Source of the DNA: Bacteroidales bacterium UBA1402
GTDB lineage: Bacteria; Bacteroidota; Bacteroidia; Bacteroidales; UBA1402
NCBI GenBank assembly: GCA_002305085.1
Contig: DBQE01000006.1
Location: 76,139-140,138 of the forward strand
Reading direction: 5' to 3'
Length of the DNA: 64,000 nt
The notes beneath the pieces are model-generated. The model worked only from the letters and a program-made list of their open reading frames with translations, had not been told where the DNA came from and searched no databases. Positions 16,695 to 26,071 of this stretch are shown here, in pieces; position 1 is the first letter of the stretch, and each line of letters opens with the position of its first letter. The translations under genes and the position numbers were made by a program.

Positions 16695-18365
16695 ATGGTA
16701 AAATACCGGATATTCGCTCTTTGTTTGATAGTTACCGGCTTGTTTTATGCCTGTCAATCGCCTGAGATCGATTTGCAAGCCGAGAATCTCAAGCTGGACC
16801 ACTGCGGCTGGGAAGGGGTCCGGCAGCTTTGCCTGAGTTGGACGATGAATGCAGCCTCTCCCAGGGGATTAAACCAACAAGCCTACCGTATACGTATTGC
16901 CAGCTGTCCTGAACTGCTCGAACAAAATTCGCCCGATATTTGGGATTCGGGTAAAGTTAGCAGCTCAAAGAATTACGATGTTCCGTATAAAGGTAAAGCC
17001 TTAGAGAGAGATACCGTCTATTATGCCCAAATAAGGATATGGACCAATCGGGGCAAAAGTCTCTGGTCCAAACAGCAAAACCTGGTTTTGCCGGCCGAAG
17101 GAGATCTTCTCCCCGCTGCTGCATCCATTAATCGCTTCGACACCTACGACCTGAAGTTGAGCGACCTGGTTCAGACATATAAAACAGCCACTCTTGAGAA
17201 ATACAAGAATCGGCCCCAAGACTTGGAAAACATGTCAGCCGCCGACTGTTGGGCCGAAAGTTATTTGATCGATAACCGCAAGTTTTATCTCCAATGGATG
17301 GATCGCTTGCTGGCTGCTCAAGCCGAAGACGGTAGCCTGCCTTTGTCTGCGCAACAGGAGCCGCAGGAAATTTTCGATATTGCACATATGTTGTTGGTTC
17401 AGTACAACGAAACCGCTCATCTGAAGAAACATTTTCCGGCGATGGAAAAATGGCTGGACTTTTTGTGGAAAAACTACGGAAGCCAAGAGTATATACTGAC
17501 AGCCAATGGAGAGGGACATACCATGTTGCCTCCCGAAGAATATAGTCTGGATGGAAAAGAGTACATCACCTCGGCTGCTTTGATTTCGACGGCGTATTTT
17601 TATCGCCTCTGCGTGTTGATGGAAAAGTTCTCTTCTCACTCACAGTATCGGGATAAAGCCGCTCATTATGCCGATTGGGCCGGCAAGCTTCGTAAAGCCT
17701 ACAACGACCGTTTTTTCAATGAAGAAAAACAATACTACGAAAACAATACCCCGACGGCCAATTTATTGTCCCTAAGCTTAGGATTCTGTGAAGATAAGAG
17801 GGCGGAGAGTGTATTCAAACGCATAGAACAATCCATAGCTATAGAGCATTACGGAAAAGCAGCTTGCGGTGAATTTGGCAAAAGATGTTTGTACCGCACC
17901 TTATCGGCCTGGGGCAGATCCGATCTGAGTTACAGACTTGGGGCTGAGCTCCGGGAGGTTGAGGGCGATTTTATTCTGTGGTTTTTTGAGCATCTATGCG
18001 GTTTGAAAAGTCTGGAAAAGGGCTTCCACTATTTCAGCCTCGATGCCGTCTTCCCCCCGGGAATTTATTTTGCAAAGACCCGTATGGAAACCCGTGGAGG
18101 AATTATTTCCAGCTCCTGGATAAAAACCTTCGATGAATTTGTTTGGCAGGTGATCGTTCCTGTCAATACCAGGGCCAGACTCCGCTATCCGGCTGCTGCC
18201 GTCAAAGACATTTACGACGACGGCCGGGTAGTTGATCAGGTAGAGGGCATTCAAATTCTTGGTCGGGAAAACGGAAATATACTTATGGAACTGGGCTCGG
18301 GCGATTATTTTTTCTCCAGTAAATTGGCCGACATTAAACCAGGCCCGCGTAGGAACAATGAATGA
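16695..18365 (+). CDS. Shortened, degenerate GH78 alpha-L-rhamnosidase-like lipoprotein
   Basis: GH78 N-terminal motifs (LSW, QQAYRI, WDSGKV) and C-terminal domain (TRGGIISSSW, VIVPVNTRA, ELGSGDYFF) are present. It is only 556 aa, and the DCPQRDER and TIWERW motifs are not visible. Confidence 0.6.
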   Translation: MVKYRIFALCLIVTGLFYACQSPEIDLQAENLKLDHCGWEGVRQLCLSWTMNAASPRGLNQQAYRIRIASCPELLEQNSPDIWDSGKVSSSKNYDVPYKGKALERDTVYYAQIRIWTNRGKSLWSKQQNLVLPAEGDLLPAAASINRFDTYDLKLSDLVQTYKTATLEKYKNRPQDLENMSAADCWAESYLIDNRKFYLQWMDRLLAAQAEDGSLPLSAQQEPQEIFDIAHMLLVQYNETAHLKKHFPAMEKWLDFLWKNYGSQEYILTANGEGHTMLPPEEYSLDGKEYITSAALISTAYFYRLCVLMEKFSSHSQYRDKAAHYADWAGKLRKAYNDRFFNEEKQYYENNTPTANLLSLSLGFCEDKRAESVFKRIEQSIAIEHYGKAACGEFGKRCLYRTLSAWGRSDLSYRLGAELREVEGDFILWFFEHLCGLKSLEKGFHYFSLDAVFPPGIYFAKTRMETRGGIISSSWIKTFDEFVWQVIVPVNTRARLRYPAAAVKDIYDDGRVVDQVEGIQILGRENGNILMELGSGDYFFSSKLADIKPGPRRNNE

Positions 18366-18394
18366 TTTATATCCAACCTTTAATTTTATATTGT

Positions 18395-20302
18395 ATGAAA
18401 ACAAAAAGTATGCTATTGACAATGGGCCTTTTGCTCAGCTTTACGGCCTGCCGGCAAGGAGCTGAATGGAAAAAGGGAATCCTTATAGACGAATTTGTTT
18501 ACGAAAAAACTTCCTTTCCCGAATGTCACTCTGCTTCGTTGGCAGAAACTCCCGAAGGTATTGTGTTGACTTTTTTCGGCGGAACCAAAGAACGCCACCC
18601 CGATGCCAGTATATGGATATGCCGAAACGAAAACGGTGTTTGGACCGAACCCGAAAAAGCGGCCGACGGAGTAGTCAACGATACATTGAGATATCCTTGC
18701 TGGAATCCTGTGTTGTATCAAGTTCCCGGCGAAGAGTTGCTGCTGTTTTACAAGGTCGGCCCCAGTCCCGGATCTTGGTGGGGTTGTATGAAACGTTCCT
18801 TCGACAACGGTAAAACCTGGTCTGCCGAGGAAAAACTGCCCGAGGGCATTATCGGCCCGGTCAAAAACAAACCGGTGGTGGTGGACGGAAAATTATTCTG
18901 TCCTTCGAGCACCGAAAACCGCGGATGGAGACTGCACATCGACGTTACCGAAGACAAAGGCAAAACCTGGACACAGATAGGCCCTTTGAACGATCCGGCA
19001 GAATGGCTGGCTATTCAACCAAGTATTTTGTTTCACAAAAACGGAGATTTGCAAATACTCTGCCGTACCCGTAACCGCCTGGTGGGTTCCACCTGGTCAA
19101 CCGACCGTGGCCGGACCTGGTCGCAGTTGGAAGGTGTAGGTTTGCCTAACAACAATTCGGGAACGGATGCCGTTACTTTGAAAGACGGCCGGCATCTGCT
19201 GGTTTATAATCACGTGGAACCTCCTGCCGGTGAGACAAAAGGAGCCCGAACCCCTCTGAACGTAGCTTTATCGAAAGACGGAAAAACCTGGTACGCTTCG
19301 CTGGTGCTGGAAGATTCACCCATCAGTCAATATTCCTATCCCTGCGTTATTCAATCCTCCGACGGTTTCGTGCACATAGCTTACACCTGGAGACGCCAGC
19401 GCATTAAATACGTCAAAATCGACCCCGCCAAACTTAAAATGAAAGAAATAGAAAACGGTATCTGGCCCGGCAAGGAAACAGCCCAGGCCGTTGAGGGTGC
19501 AGGCTCTACCCCTTTTCCCATTTCGGTTTGCGACTGGATGATATTAAAGCGCCAGAAACTCGGAGCCATCACTCTGGCCAGAGAAATAGGCTGCGACGGC
19601 CTTGAAATAGACATGGGTGGCCTGGGTAATCGTCCCACTTTTGACAACAAACTCAAAGATCCCGAGGTGCTGGCTGAATTCAAACGTACCGCACAGGTGA
19701 GCGGAATTCGCTTCTCCTCGGTGGCCATGTCGGGTTTTTACGCTCAATCACTGGTAGATCGCGAAGATTTTATCACACCGGTGCAGGATTGTATCGACGT
19801 AATGAAAGGTCTGGGTGTAGGAGTAGCTTTTTTGCCTTTGGGTGTAAAAGGAGACCTGGTGCAATATCCCGAATTGCGCCCCGCTATAGTGGAGCGCCTG
19901 CGAGTTATCGGCCGGATGGCCGAACAGGAAAAGGTGGTCATCGGTATAGAAACCTCTTTGGATGCTGAGGGCGATAAAGCATTATTGCAGGAAATCGGCA
20001 GTCCGGGGATCAAGATTTATTTCAATTTCGCAAGAGCCCTGCAAAGCGGCAAAGATTTGCATCGGGAGTTGCGCTTGTTGGGTGACGATATATGTATGAT
20101 ACATTGCACCAACAAAGACAGCGTATGGCTGGAAAACGACCCTATGATCGATATGCCTGCCGTCAAACAGACACTCGAAGAAATCGGTTACCGGGGCTGG
20201 CTGGTAATGGAACGTTCTAGGGATGCAAGCCAGGCCCGGAATGTCCGTGGAAATTACGGGGCCAATTGTGCCTATCTAAAGTCGGTTTTTCAACCGGAAT
20301 AG
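18395..20302 (+). CDS. GH33 sialidase-like beta-propeller (candidate Kdo hydrolase) fused to a C-terminal xylose-isomerase-like (AP-endonuclease-2) TIM barrel
   Basis: Lipoprotein signal (SFTAC). Asp boxes SFDNGKTW, TEDKGKTW, STDRGRTW and SKDGKTW, plus QYSYP. After a linker comes CDWMILKRQKLGA...IGIET...IHCTNKD...WLVMER. Confidence 0.75.
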   Translation: MKTKSMLLTMGLLLSFTACRQGAEWKKGILIDEFVYEKTSFPECHSASLAETPEGIVLTFFGGTKERHPDASIWICRNENGVWTEPEKAADGVVNDTLRYPCWNPVLYQVPGEELLLFYKVGPSPGSWWGCMKRSFDNGKTWSAEEKLPEGIIGPVKNKPVVVDGKLFCPSSTENRGWRLHIDVTEDKGKTWTQIGPLNDPAEWLAIQPSILFHKNGDLQILCRTRNRLVGSTWSTDRGRTWSQLEGVGLPNNNSGTDAVTLKDGRHLLVYNHVEPPAGETKGARTPLNVALSKDGKTWYASLVLEDSPISQYSYPCVIQSSDGFVHIAYTWRRQRIKYVKIDPAKLKMKEIENGIWPGKETAQAVEGAGSTPFPISVCDWMILKRQKLGAITLAREIGCDGLEIDMGGLGNRPTFDNKLKDPEVLAEFKRTAQVSGIRFSSVAMSGFYAQSLVDREDFITPVQDCIDVMKGLGVGVAFLPLGVKGDLVQYPELRPAIVERLRVIGRMAEQEKVVIGIETSLDAEGDKALLQEIGSPGIKIYFNFARALQSGKDLHRELRLLGDDICMIHCTNKDSVWLENDPMIDMPAVKQTLEEIGYRGWLVMERSRDASQARNVRGNYGANCAYLKSVFQPE

Positions 20303-20380
20303 TATGGTTTAAACGCAGATTTGAACTTGCAAGGTTCAGCAGCTTTAACTTGTTTTTCAAACGAATAGTATGGTTTAAAC
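20285..20380. repeat. Imperfect 29-30 bp direct repeat duplicating the 3' end of the upstream gene
   Basis: GTTTTTCAACCGGAATAGTATGGTTTAAAC (20285-20314) and GTTTTTCAAACGAATAGTATGGTTTAAAC (20352-20380), separated by 37 bp. Confidence 0.85.
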
Positions 20381-20435
20381 CCGCTTTGATGCGAACCATT
20401 CAGAAATATTTATTAAGTCCAGGAACACTACAGTT

Positions 20436-22304
20436 ATGATCAAAAAATCTTTCATTGTATTAGCTCTGTTATGTAGCTCTTTGTCAATTTTTGCACGGAC
20501 GGAAATTTGGGTAGCTCCCGGAGGCTCGGACCAGGCTCCGGGTACCAAGGCGGAACCCAAGGCTAGTTTGCATTCGGCCCTGAGGCAGGCGAGGGAAAGT
20601 AGAAGATTGTCCGATCCCTCGACAGCGGACGGAATCATTATTCGAATGCAAGCAGGAACTTATTTTTTGGACGAACCTCTCCTGATAAGACCCGAAGATT
20701 GCGGAACTCCTGAGAGTCCAACCCGTATAGTGGCCGAAAAAAGCGGCGAAGTGACACTGAGCGGCGGAGTAAAACTGGGCAAATGGAGCAAAGCCGGCAG
20801 CGTTCCGGGTTTACCCTCGGCTGCCAAAGGCAAGGTCTGGGTAACAGATCAGCCTAAAGTTTCAGGCCGCTACATCGATTTTCGACAATTATGGGTAGAC
20901 GGTCGTAAAGCTGTTCGGGCCAGAGATACCAACGACGACAATTTTAAACGTATATTGGCCTGGGACAAAAACACAGGGGTGTTAACCATTCCCGCTCCTG
21001 GAGTAAAATCCTTTAAAACTTTGGATCGCCTCGAATTGCAGCTGCATCAGATGTGGGCAATAGCCAATTTGCGTATAAAAGCCATAGAATATCAAAACGA
21101 AAAAGCTTTGGTGGTTTTTCATCAACCCGAAAGTCGCATCCAGGCCGAGCATCCATGGCCAACCCCGATGATTGCGGAAGGCCGGGAATCTCCCTTTTTT
21201 CTGTGCAATGCCATTGAATTTCTCGATCAGCCCGGGGAATGGTACCTCGACGTGGAAGATCATAAGCTTTATTATTGGCCTCGCCCGGGAGAAGATATCA
21301 CCCGGACCGAATCGGTGGTTCCTTATTTGGAAACCTTAATCGATGTTCAGGGCAGTCTGGATCGTCCTGTAAAGCATATAAGCTTCGAAGGTATCGGCTT
21401 TTCGTACACAAGCTGGCTGAGGCCCTCGGAACAGGGGCATGTTCCCCTGCAGGCAGGTATGTACCTGCTCGATGCGTATAAATTGCGTCCTCCCGGCGTA
21501 CCGGGCAACGAAAACCGGGGTTTGGAAAATCAGGGTTGGGTGGGTAGACCTCCGGCTGCCGTACAATTGCGTGGGGTACAAAATACGAGCTTTGTGCGTT
21601 GCCGTTTTGAGCACCTGGCCTCATGTGGGATAGATTATATCAGCGGAACTCTGAACGATAGTATATTAGCTTGTGTCTTTCAGGATATTGGCGGTAACGG
21701 CATACAAGCCGGAAAGTTTTCCGATCCGGGCATAGAAACACACTTGCCTTACGATCCTGTCGATCGGCGCGAGATATGTACCAAACTGTACATCGGAAAC
21801 AATTACATTCACAATTGCAGCAACGAAGACTGGGGTTGTGTGGGTATTTGCGCCGGTTACGTGAGGGATATTCTCATTGAGCACAACGAACTATCGGAAT
21901 TGTCTTATTCGGGTATCAGTTTGGGTTGGGGTTGGAGTAAAACCGTGAATTGTATGCGCAACAATGTGGTGAGAGCCAATTACATTCATCATTACGCAAA
22001 ACGTATGTACGATGTGGCCGGTATCTACACTCTGTCGGTGCAATCAAAATCTCTGATAAGCGAAAATGTGGTCGACAGTATCTATTCGCCGGCCTACGTT
22101 CACGATCCCAATCACTGGTTTTATCTTTACACCGACGAGGGCTCCTCTTTTATTACGGTAAAAGATAACTGGTGTCCGGCCGAGAAATTTCTGCAGAACG
22201 CCAACGGCCCGGGCAATACCTGGATTAACAACGGTCCGATGGTTGACGAAAAAATCAGGTTGGCAGCAGGCATTGAGCCGGCATACAGCGACATAAAGCC
22301 CTGA
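20436..22304 (+). CDS. GH141-like right-handed beta-helix glycosidase (BT1002-like alpha-L-fucosidase candidate)
   Basis: Signal peptide. Motifs WVAPGGSD, LSGG, FRQLWVDG, FLDQPGEWY, YSGISLGWGW, DVAGIYTLS and YLYTDEGS. Confidence 0.75.
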   Translation: MIKKSFIVLALLCSSLSIFARTEIWVAPGGSDQAPGTKAEPKASLHSALRQARESRRLSDPSTADGIIIRMQAGTYFLDEPLLIRPEDCGTPESPTRIVAEKSGEVTLSGGVKLGKWSKAGSVPGLPSAAKGKVWVTDQPKVSGRYIDFRQLWVDGRKAVRARDTNDDNFKRILAWDKNTGVLTIPAPGVKSFKTLDRLELQLHQMWAIANLRIKAIEYQNEKALVVFHQPESRIQAEHPWPTPMIAEGRESPFFLCNAIEFLDQPGEWYLDVEDHKLYYWPRPGEDITRTESVVPYLETLIDVQGSLDRPVKHISFEGIGFSYTSWLRPSEQGHVPLQAGMYLLDAYKLRPPGVPGNENRGLENQGWVGRPPAAVQLRGVQNTSFVRCRFEHLASCGIDYISGTLNDSILACVFQDIGGNGIQAGKFSDPGIETHLPYDPVDRREICTKLYIGNNYIHNCSNEDWGCVGICAGYVRDILIEHNELSELSYSGISLGWGWSKTVNCMRNNVVRANYIHHYAKRMYDVAGIYTLSVQSKSLISENVVDSIYSPAYVHDPNHWFYLYTDEGSSFITVKDNWCPAEKFLQNANGPGNTWINNGPMVDEKIRLAAGIEPAYSDIKP

Positions 22305-22588
22305 TATTGTCCGGTCGTTTTTATTCATCGCCCACCAAGGCGAGGGCAATACTCATCAGAACTTGCACCATACGAATCCTAATAAAGCGTGTATATTTAT
22401 GCAAGATAATTCAAAGCGAACAGTACTAAAATTCAGTGAGTTAAAATTCCTGTGAAACTACTCCAAACTGTTTTTTAGCCTGTTTTACGCTCCAATTAAA
22501 CAAGTAAATCGCTTATTTAGCACCTATTTAGGCTTTAAAAACGTTAAATCTTTTTTGATGATATTTTTTTTGTCTTCCTTTGTTACCT

Positions 22589-22631
22589 CGGTTGTATATT
22601 TATAACAATTAGTTGTTATAAAATATAATCG
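22589..22631. promoter_or_regulatory. Long AT-rich inverted repeat upstream of susC (possible operator)
   Basis: Perfect core TTTATAACAA-ttag-TTGTTATAAA (22599-22622), extending imperfectly from 22589 to 22631. Confidence 0.5.
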
Positions 22632-22751
22632 CTTATTAATCAGCAATTTGTGTTTTCCACAAGAATAAAAATAATTGTTAATCCTAAAGAATTCTCTCTC
22701 AGTTTTAGCGTATTATCCCTTTAAAATATTGCTTAAAGAATCACTTAAACA

Positions 22752-22783
22752 TTTGCGTAATAAAAAAGCTTAAATTACATTTG
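22752..22783 (+). promoter_or_regulatory. Bacteroidota sigma-A promoter for susC
   Basis: TTTG 22752-22755, 20-bp spacer, TACATTTG 22776-22783. Confidence 0.7.
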
Positions 22784-22855
22784 CGCTCCAAAGTGATTAA
22801 CTTTACGGAAGTTAAACCCTAAACAGAAAATGATTGTTAAACAAAAAGTGAAACT

Positions 22856-25800
22856 ATGAGAAAACTGACTTTTTTACTCGCTTGCCTGTTTCTGGCAAGC
22901 GTAGGCTTAGTGAATGCTCAGTCTCGCACGGTAACCGGTAGGGTTATTTATGCCGAAGACGAGCAGCCTGTCATTGGTGCGTACGTAGTTGTTCAAGGCA
23001 GCTCCAGGGGTACCGTAACCGACGCTGACGGTAATTTTTCCATCAGTGTGCCTCAGGAAGCAACCATTTTGGAATTTTCCTTTCTGGGAATGAAAACGGT
23101 ACAAGCCGAAGCCAGGAACGGAATGGTGGTGCGCATGGAGCAGGAAGTGTCTGAATTGGACGAAGTAATGGTCGTTGCTTTCGGTACTGCAACCAAAAAG
23201 TCTTTTACAGGATCGGCAGCAGTAATTAAAGCAGAAGACATTACCACACGGCAGGTTTCGAACGTTACCAATGCCCTGGCCGGTCAGGTTGCGGGTGTGC
23301 AGACAGTTAACACCAGCGGCGGTCAGCCCGGTAACGCAGCCACAATCCGTATTCGCGGTATCGGCTCTATGAGCGCCAGTAATGCTCCCTTGTACATTGT
23401 GGACGGAGCTCCTTTTGATGGCAGTATGTCTTCGATCAATCCCCAGGACATCGAAAGCATCAGTGTGTTGAAAGACGCCGCAGCCAACGCTATTTACGGT
23501 GCCCGTGGTGCCAACGGTGTTGTGTTGATTACCACCAAAAGAGGTACGACCCAGGAAGCCAAAGTGAATGTGGACGCAAAATGGGGCAACAATAGCCGTG
23601 CTGTTCCCAATTACGCTGTTATGGAAGATCCTGCCATGTACTACGAAACTTTCTACAAAGCTTTGTATAACAGTAAGATCTATAATGGAAACAGTGCTAA
23701 TGATGCCCATGTTTATGCCAGGAGCGTCCTCTTCGATAAGGATGCCGGAGGTTTGGGCTATCAAGTATACACCCTTCCTGCGGGTCAAAGCCTGATCGGT
23801 ACCAACTTCAAACTGAATCCCAATGCTACGTTGGGTTACTCGGATGCTGATTTTTATTATACACCCGATAATTGGTATAACGAAATTTTTGATCCCAACA
23901 ACTTACGTCAGGAATACAACGTATCCGTCTCCGGAGCGTCAGACAAAATCAATTATTTTATGTCTTTAGGCTATCTGGACGATTCGGGTATTGTATCGGG
24001 GTCGGGCTTTTCGCGTTATACTGCCCGTACCAACGTAGAATACCAGGCTAAAGAATGGTTAAAAGTGGGGGCCAACATTGGTTACACCAATTACGACATC
24101 CAGTCTCCCGGCTCTCAAACCAACTGGGGGTCCAGCGGGAACCTCTTTTACGTAACCAGTTTGATAGCCCCGATTTATCCTCTGTATGTTCGCAACAGCA
24201 CAGACGAGCAGATTCGTGTTGACCACAGAGGCATTACCGTATACGATTTTGGTACTACTACCAACCAGAAACGCGCTTTTATGGGTATGTCCAATCCGGC
24301 CATTACGCTCAAGCTGGATGAACACCATGCTTATACCGATGTCTTGGCCAGCCGTTTCTATGGAACCCTGGATTTGTTTAAAGGTATGAAGTTTACCGCC
24401 AGTGTAAGCGCCAATACCATTAATCAACGTGCGAATCGCCTGTACAACCAATTCTATGGTGCCGCTGTCGCCAGTCAGGGTGCCGTAAGCGTTTCCCATG
24501 CAAGGGGTGTAGGAATTAACCAACAATACATGCTTAATTACAAAAGGTCGTTTGGTGTAAACGGTCTTGATATATTGGCCGGTTACGAATCCTATGAATT
24601 GACCGAGCAATACCTTTACGGCTATAACACCAAGCTCTTTAACCCTTATATTGGAGAATTGGGTAATGCGATAGACGTTGATTCAAGGGATATGACATCT
24701 TATACCAATCATTACTCAACTTTAGGTTTTATAGGCCGCGCAGAATACGATTACGATCAGAAATACATCCTTTCGGCTTCCTATCGTCGCGATGCCTCCT
24801 CTCGTTTTGCTCCCGAACAGCGTTGGGGTGACTTTGGAAGCGTCGGTGCTGCATGGGCAATAAACAATGAAGGATTTATGGCCAATGCGGAGTCTATAAA
24901 TTTACTCAAACTCAAAGCCAGTTACGGTATCCAGGGTAACGATAACATTGGAAACTATTATGCTTACCTCGATCAGTACACCGTCAGCAATGCTGATGGA
25001 GATTTTTCGGTAGGCTTCGCGTATAGAGGTAATCCCGACATAACCTGGGAAACTTCCTATAGTTTCAATACAGGTATAGATTTTTCCATGTTCGACGAAA
25101 GGTTGAACGGTACGATTGAGTATTTCTCGCGCAAGACCGTAGATTTGCTCTACAATCAGCCGGTGCCTCTTTCGTTTGGTTATGCCTCCATACCCACCAA
25201 CGTGGGGGCTATTCTGAACAATGGGGTAGAGATTGATTTGCGTTACACTTTGGTCAAAACCAACAATCTAACCTGGGACATCAATGTGAATGCCACCCAT
25301 TACAAGAACACTATTCTTGATTTGGCAGAATCCGTCAAAGAGGCCGGAGGTCTCAAGCAAAGCACCTACATATACAGGGTGGGCGGATCTCTTTATAACA
25401 CCTACCTGAGGGAATATGCCGGAGTTGATCCGGTTACCGGTAAAGCATTGTATTATATGGATCCCGATAACGACGATTATTCAACTACCGACGTCTGGTC
25501 GTCCGCCAAACAAGCCGACAACGGAAGTTCTTTGGCAAAAGTTTATGGTGGATTCGGGACAGCTTTACAATTGAGAGGCATCGACCTGTCGGCCAATTTC
25601 TCTTACCAACTGGGAGGGAAACTTTACGACTTTTCGTACGAAGAGCTGATGCATAGTGGCGACAACGCCGGTTTAAACTGGCATACAGATATTTTAAATG
25701 CCTGGACGCCCGAGAATACCGTTACCGATGTTCCCCGGATTTGTTCTTCCGACGATACTTATCAAACCTATTCCACCCGTTTCATGATCAGCTCAAATTA

Positions 25801-26044
25801 CTTGAGCCTGAACAATATTACTCTTGGTTATACCTTACCTAAACGTTGGACGGAAAAGATCAAAATTGAAAAATTGCGTATATATGCCGTAGGCGATAAT
25901 CTGGCCTTGTTCTCGGCTCGTAAGGGTTTTGATCCCAGAACCATGATCGGTGCCGGCGTAGGTTCGCTTGGTACGGCAGGAACAGGTTCTCATACTTACA
26001 CTGCACTCCGGACCATTTCCGGAGGCATATCCCTTACATTTTAA
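22856..26044 (+). CDS. SusC/RagA family TonB-dependent outer membrane transporter
   Basis: Carboxypeptidase-regulatory-like N-terminal domain. Plug motifs IRIRGIGS, PLYIVDG and KDAAANAIYGARGANGVVLITTKRG. C-terminal GISLTF. Confidence 0.97.
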   Translation: MRKLTFLLACLFLASVGLVNAQSRTVTGRVIYAEDEQPVIGAYVVVQGSSRGTVTDADGNFSISVPQEATILEFSFLGMKTVQAEARNGMVVRMEQEVSELDEVMVVAFGTATKKSFTGSAAVIKAEDITTRQVSNVTNALAGQVAGVQTVNTSGGQPGNAATIRIRGIGSMSASNAPLYIVDGAPFDGSMSSINPQDIESISVLKDAAANAIYGARGANGVVLITTKRGTTQEAKVNVDAKWGNNSRAVPNYAVMEDPAMYYETFYKALYNSKIYNGNSANDAHVYARSVLFDKDAGGLGYQVYTLPAGQSLIGTNFKLNPNATLGYSDADFYYTPDNWYNEIFDPNNLRQEYNVSVSGASDKINYFMSLGYLDDSGIVSGSGFSRYTARTNVEYQAKEWLKVGANIGYTNYDIQSPGSQTNWGSSGNLFYVTSLIAPIYPLYVRNSTDEQIRVDHRGITVYDFGTTTNQKRAFMGMSNPAITLKLDEHHAYTDVLASRFYGTLDLFKGMKFTASVSANTINQRANRLYNQFYGAAVASQGAVSVSHARGVGINQQYMLNYKRSFGVNGLDILAGYESYELTEQYLYGYNTKLFNPYIGELGNAIDVDSRDMTSYTNHYSTLGFIGRAEYDYDQKYILSASYRRDASSRFAPEQRWGDFGSVGAAWAINNEGFMANAESINLLKLKASYGIQGNDNIGNYYAYLDQYTVSNADGDFSVGFAYRGNPDITWETSYSFNTGIDFSMFDERLNGTIEYFSRKTVDLLYNQPVPLSFGYASIPTNVGAILNNGVEIDLRYTLVKTNNLTWDINVNATHYKNTILDLAESVKEAGGLKQSTYIYRVGGSLYNTYLREYAGVDPVTGKALYYMDPDNDDYSTTDVWSSAKQADNGSSLAKVYGGFGTALQLRGIDLSANFSYQLGGKLYDFSYEELMHSGDNAGLNWHTDILNAWTPENTVTDVPRICSSDDTYQTYSTRFMISSNYLSLNNITLGYTLPKRWTEKIKIEKLRIYAVGDNLALFSARKGFDPRTMIGAGVGSLGTAGTGSHTYTALRTISGGISLTF

Positions 26045-26071
26045 TACGTCACATTATAAAACTGTATAAAG

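Noticed and set aside
20285-20380. Annotating a bona fide CRISPR array
   Set aside because: Only two imperfect copies, one overlapping coding sequence, with no leader or cas genes. Kept as a repeat and a tentative finding.
22582-22598. GTTAC-N7-GTAAC-type invertible promoter repeat
   Set aside because: The sequence is GTTAC-N7-GTATA (mismatched), with no partner repeat and no recombinase nearby.
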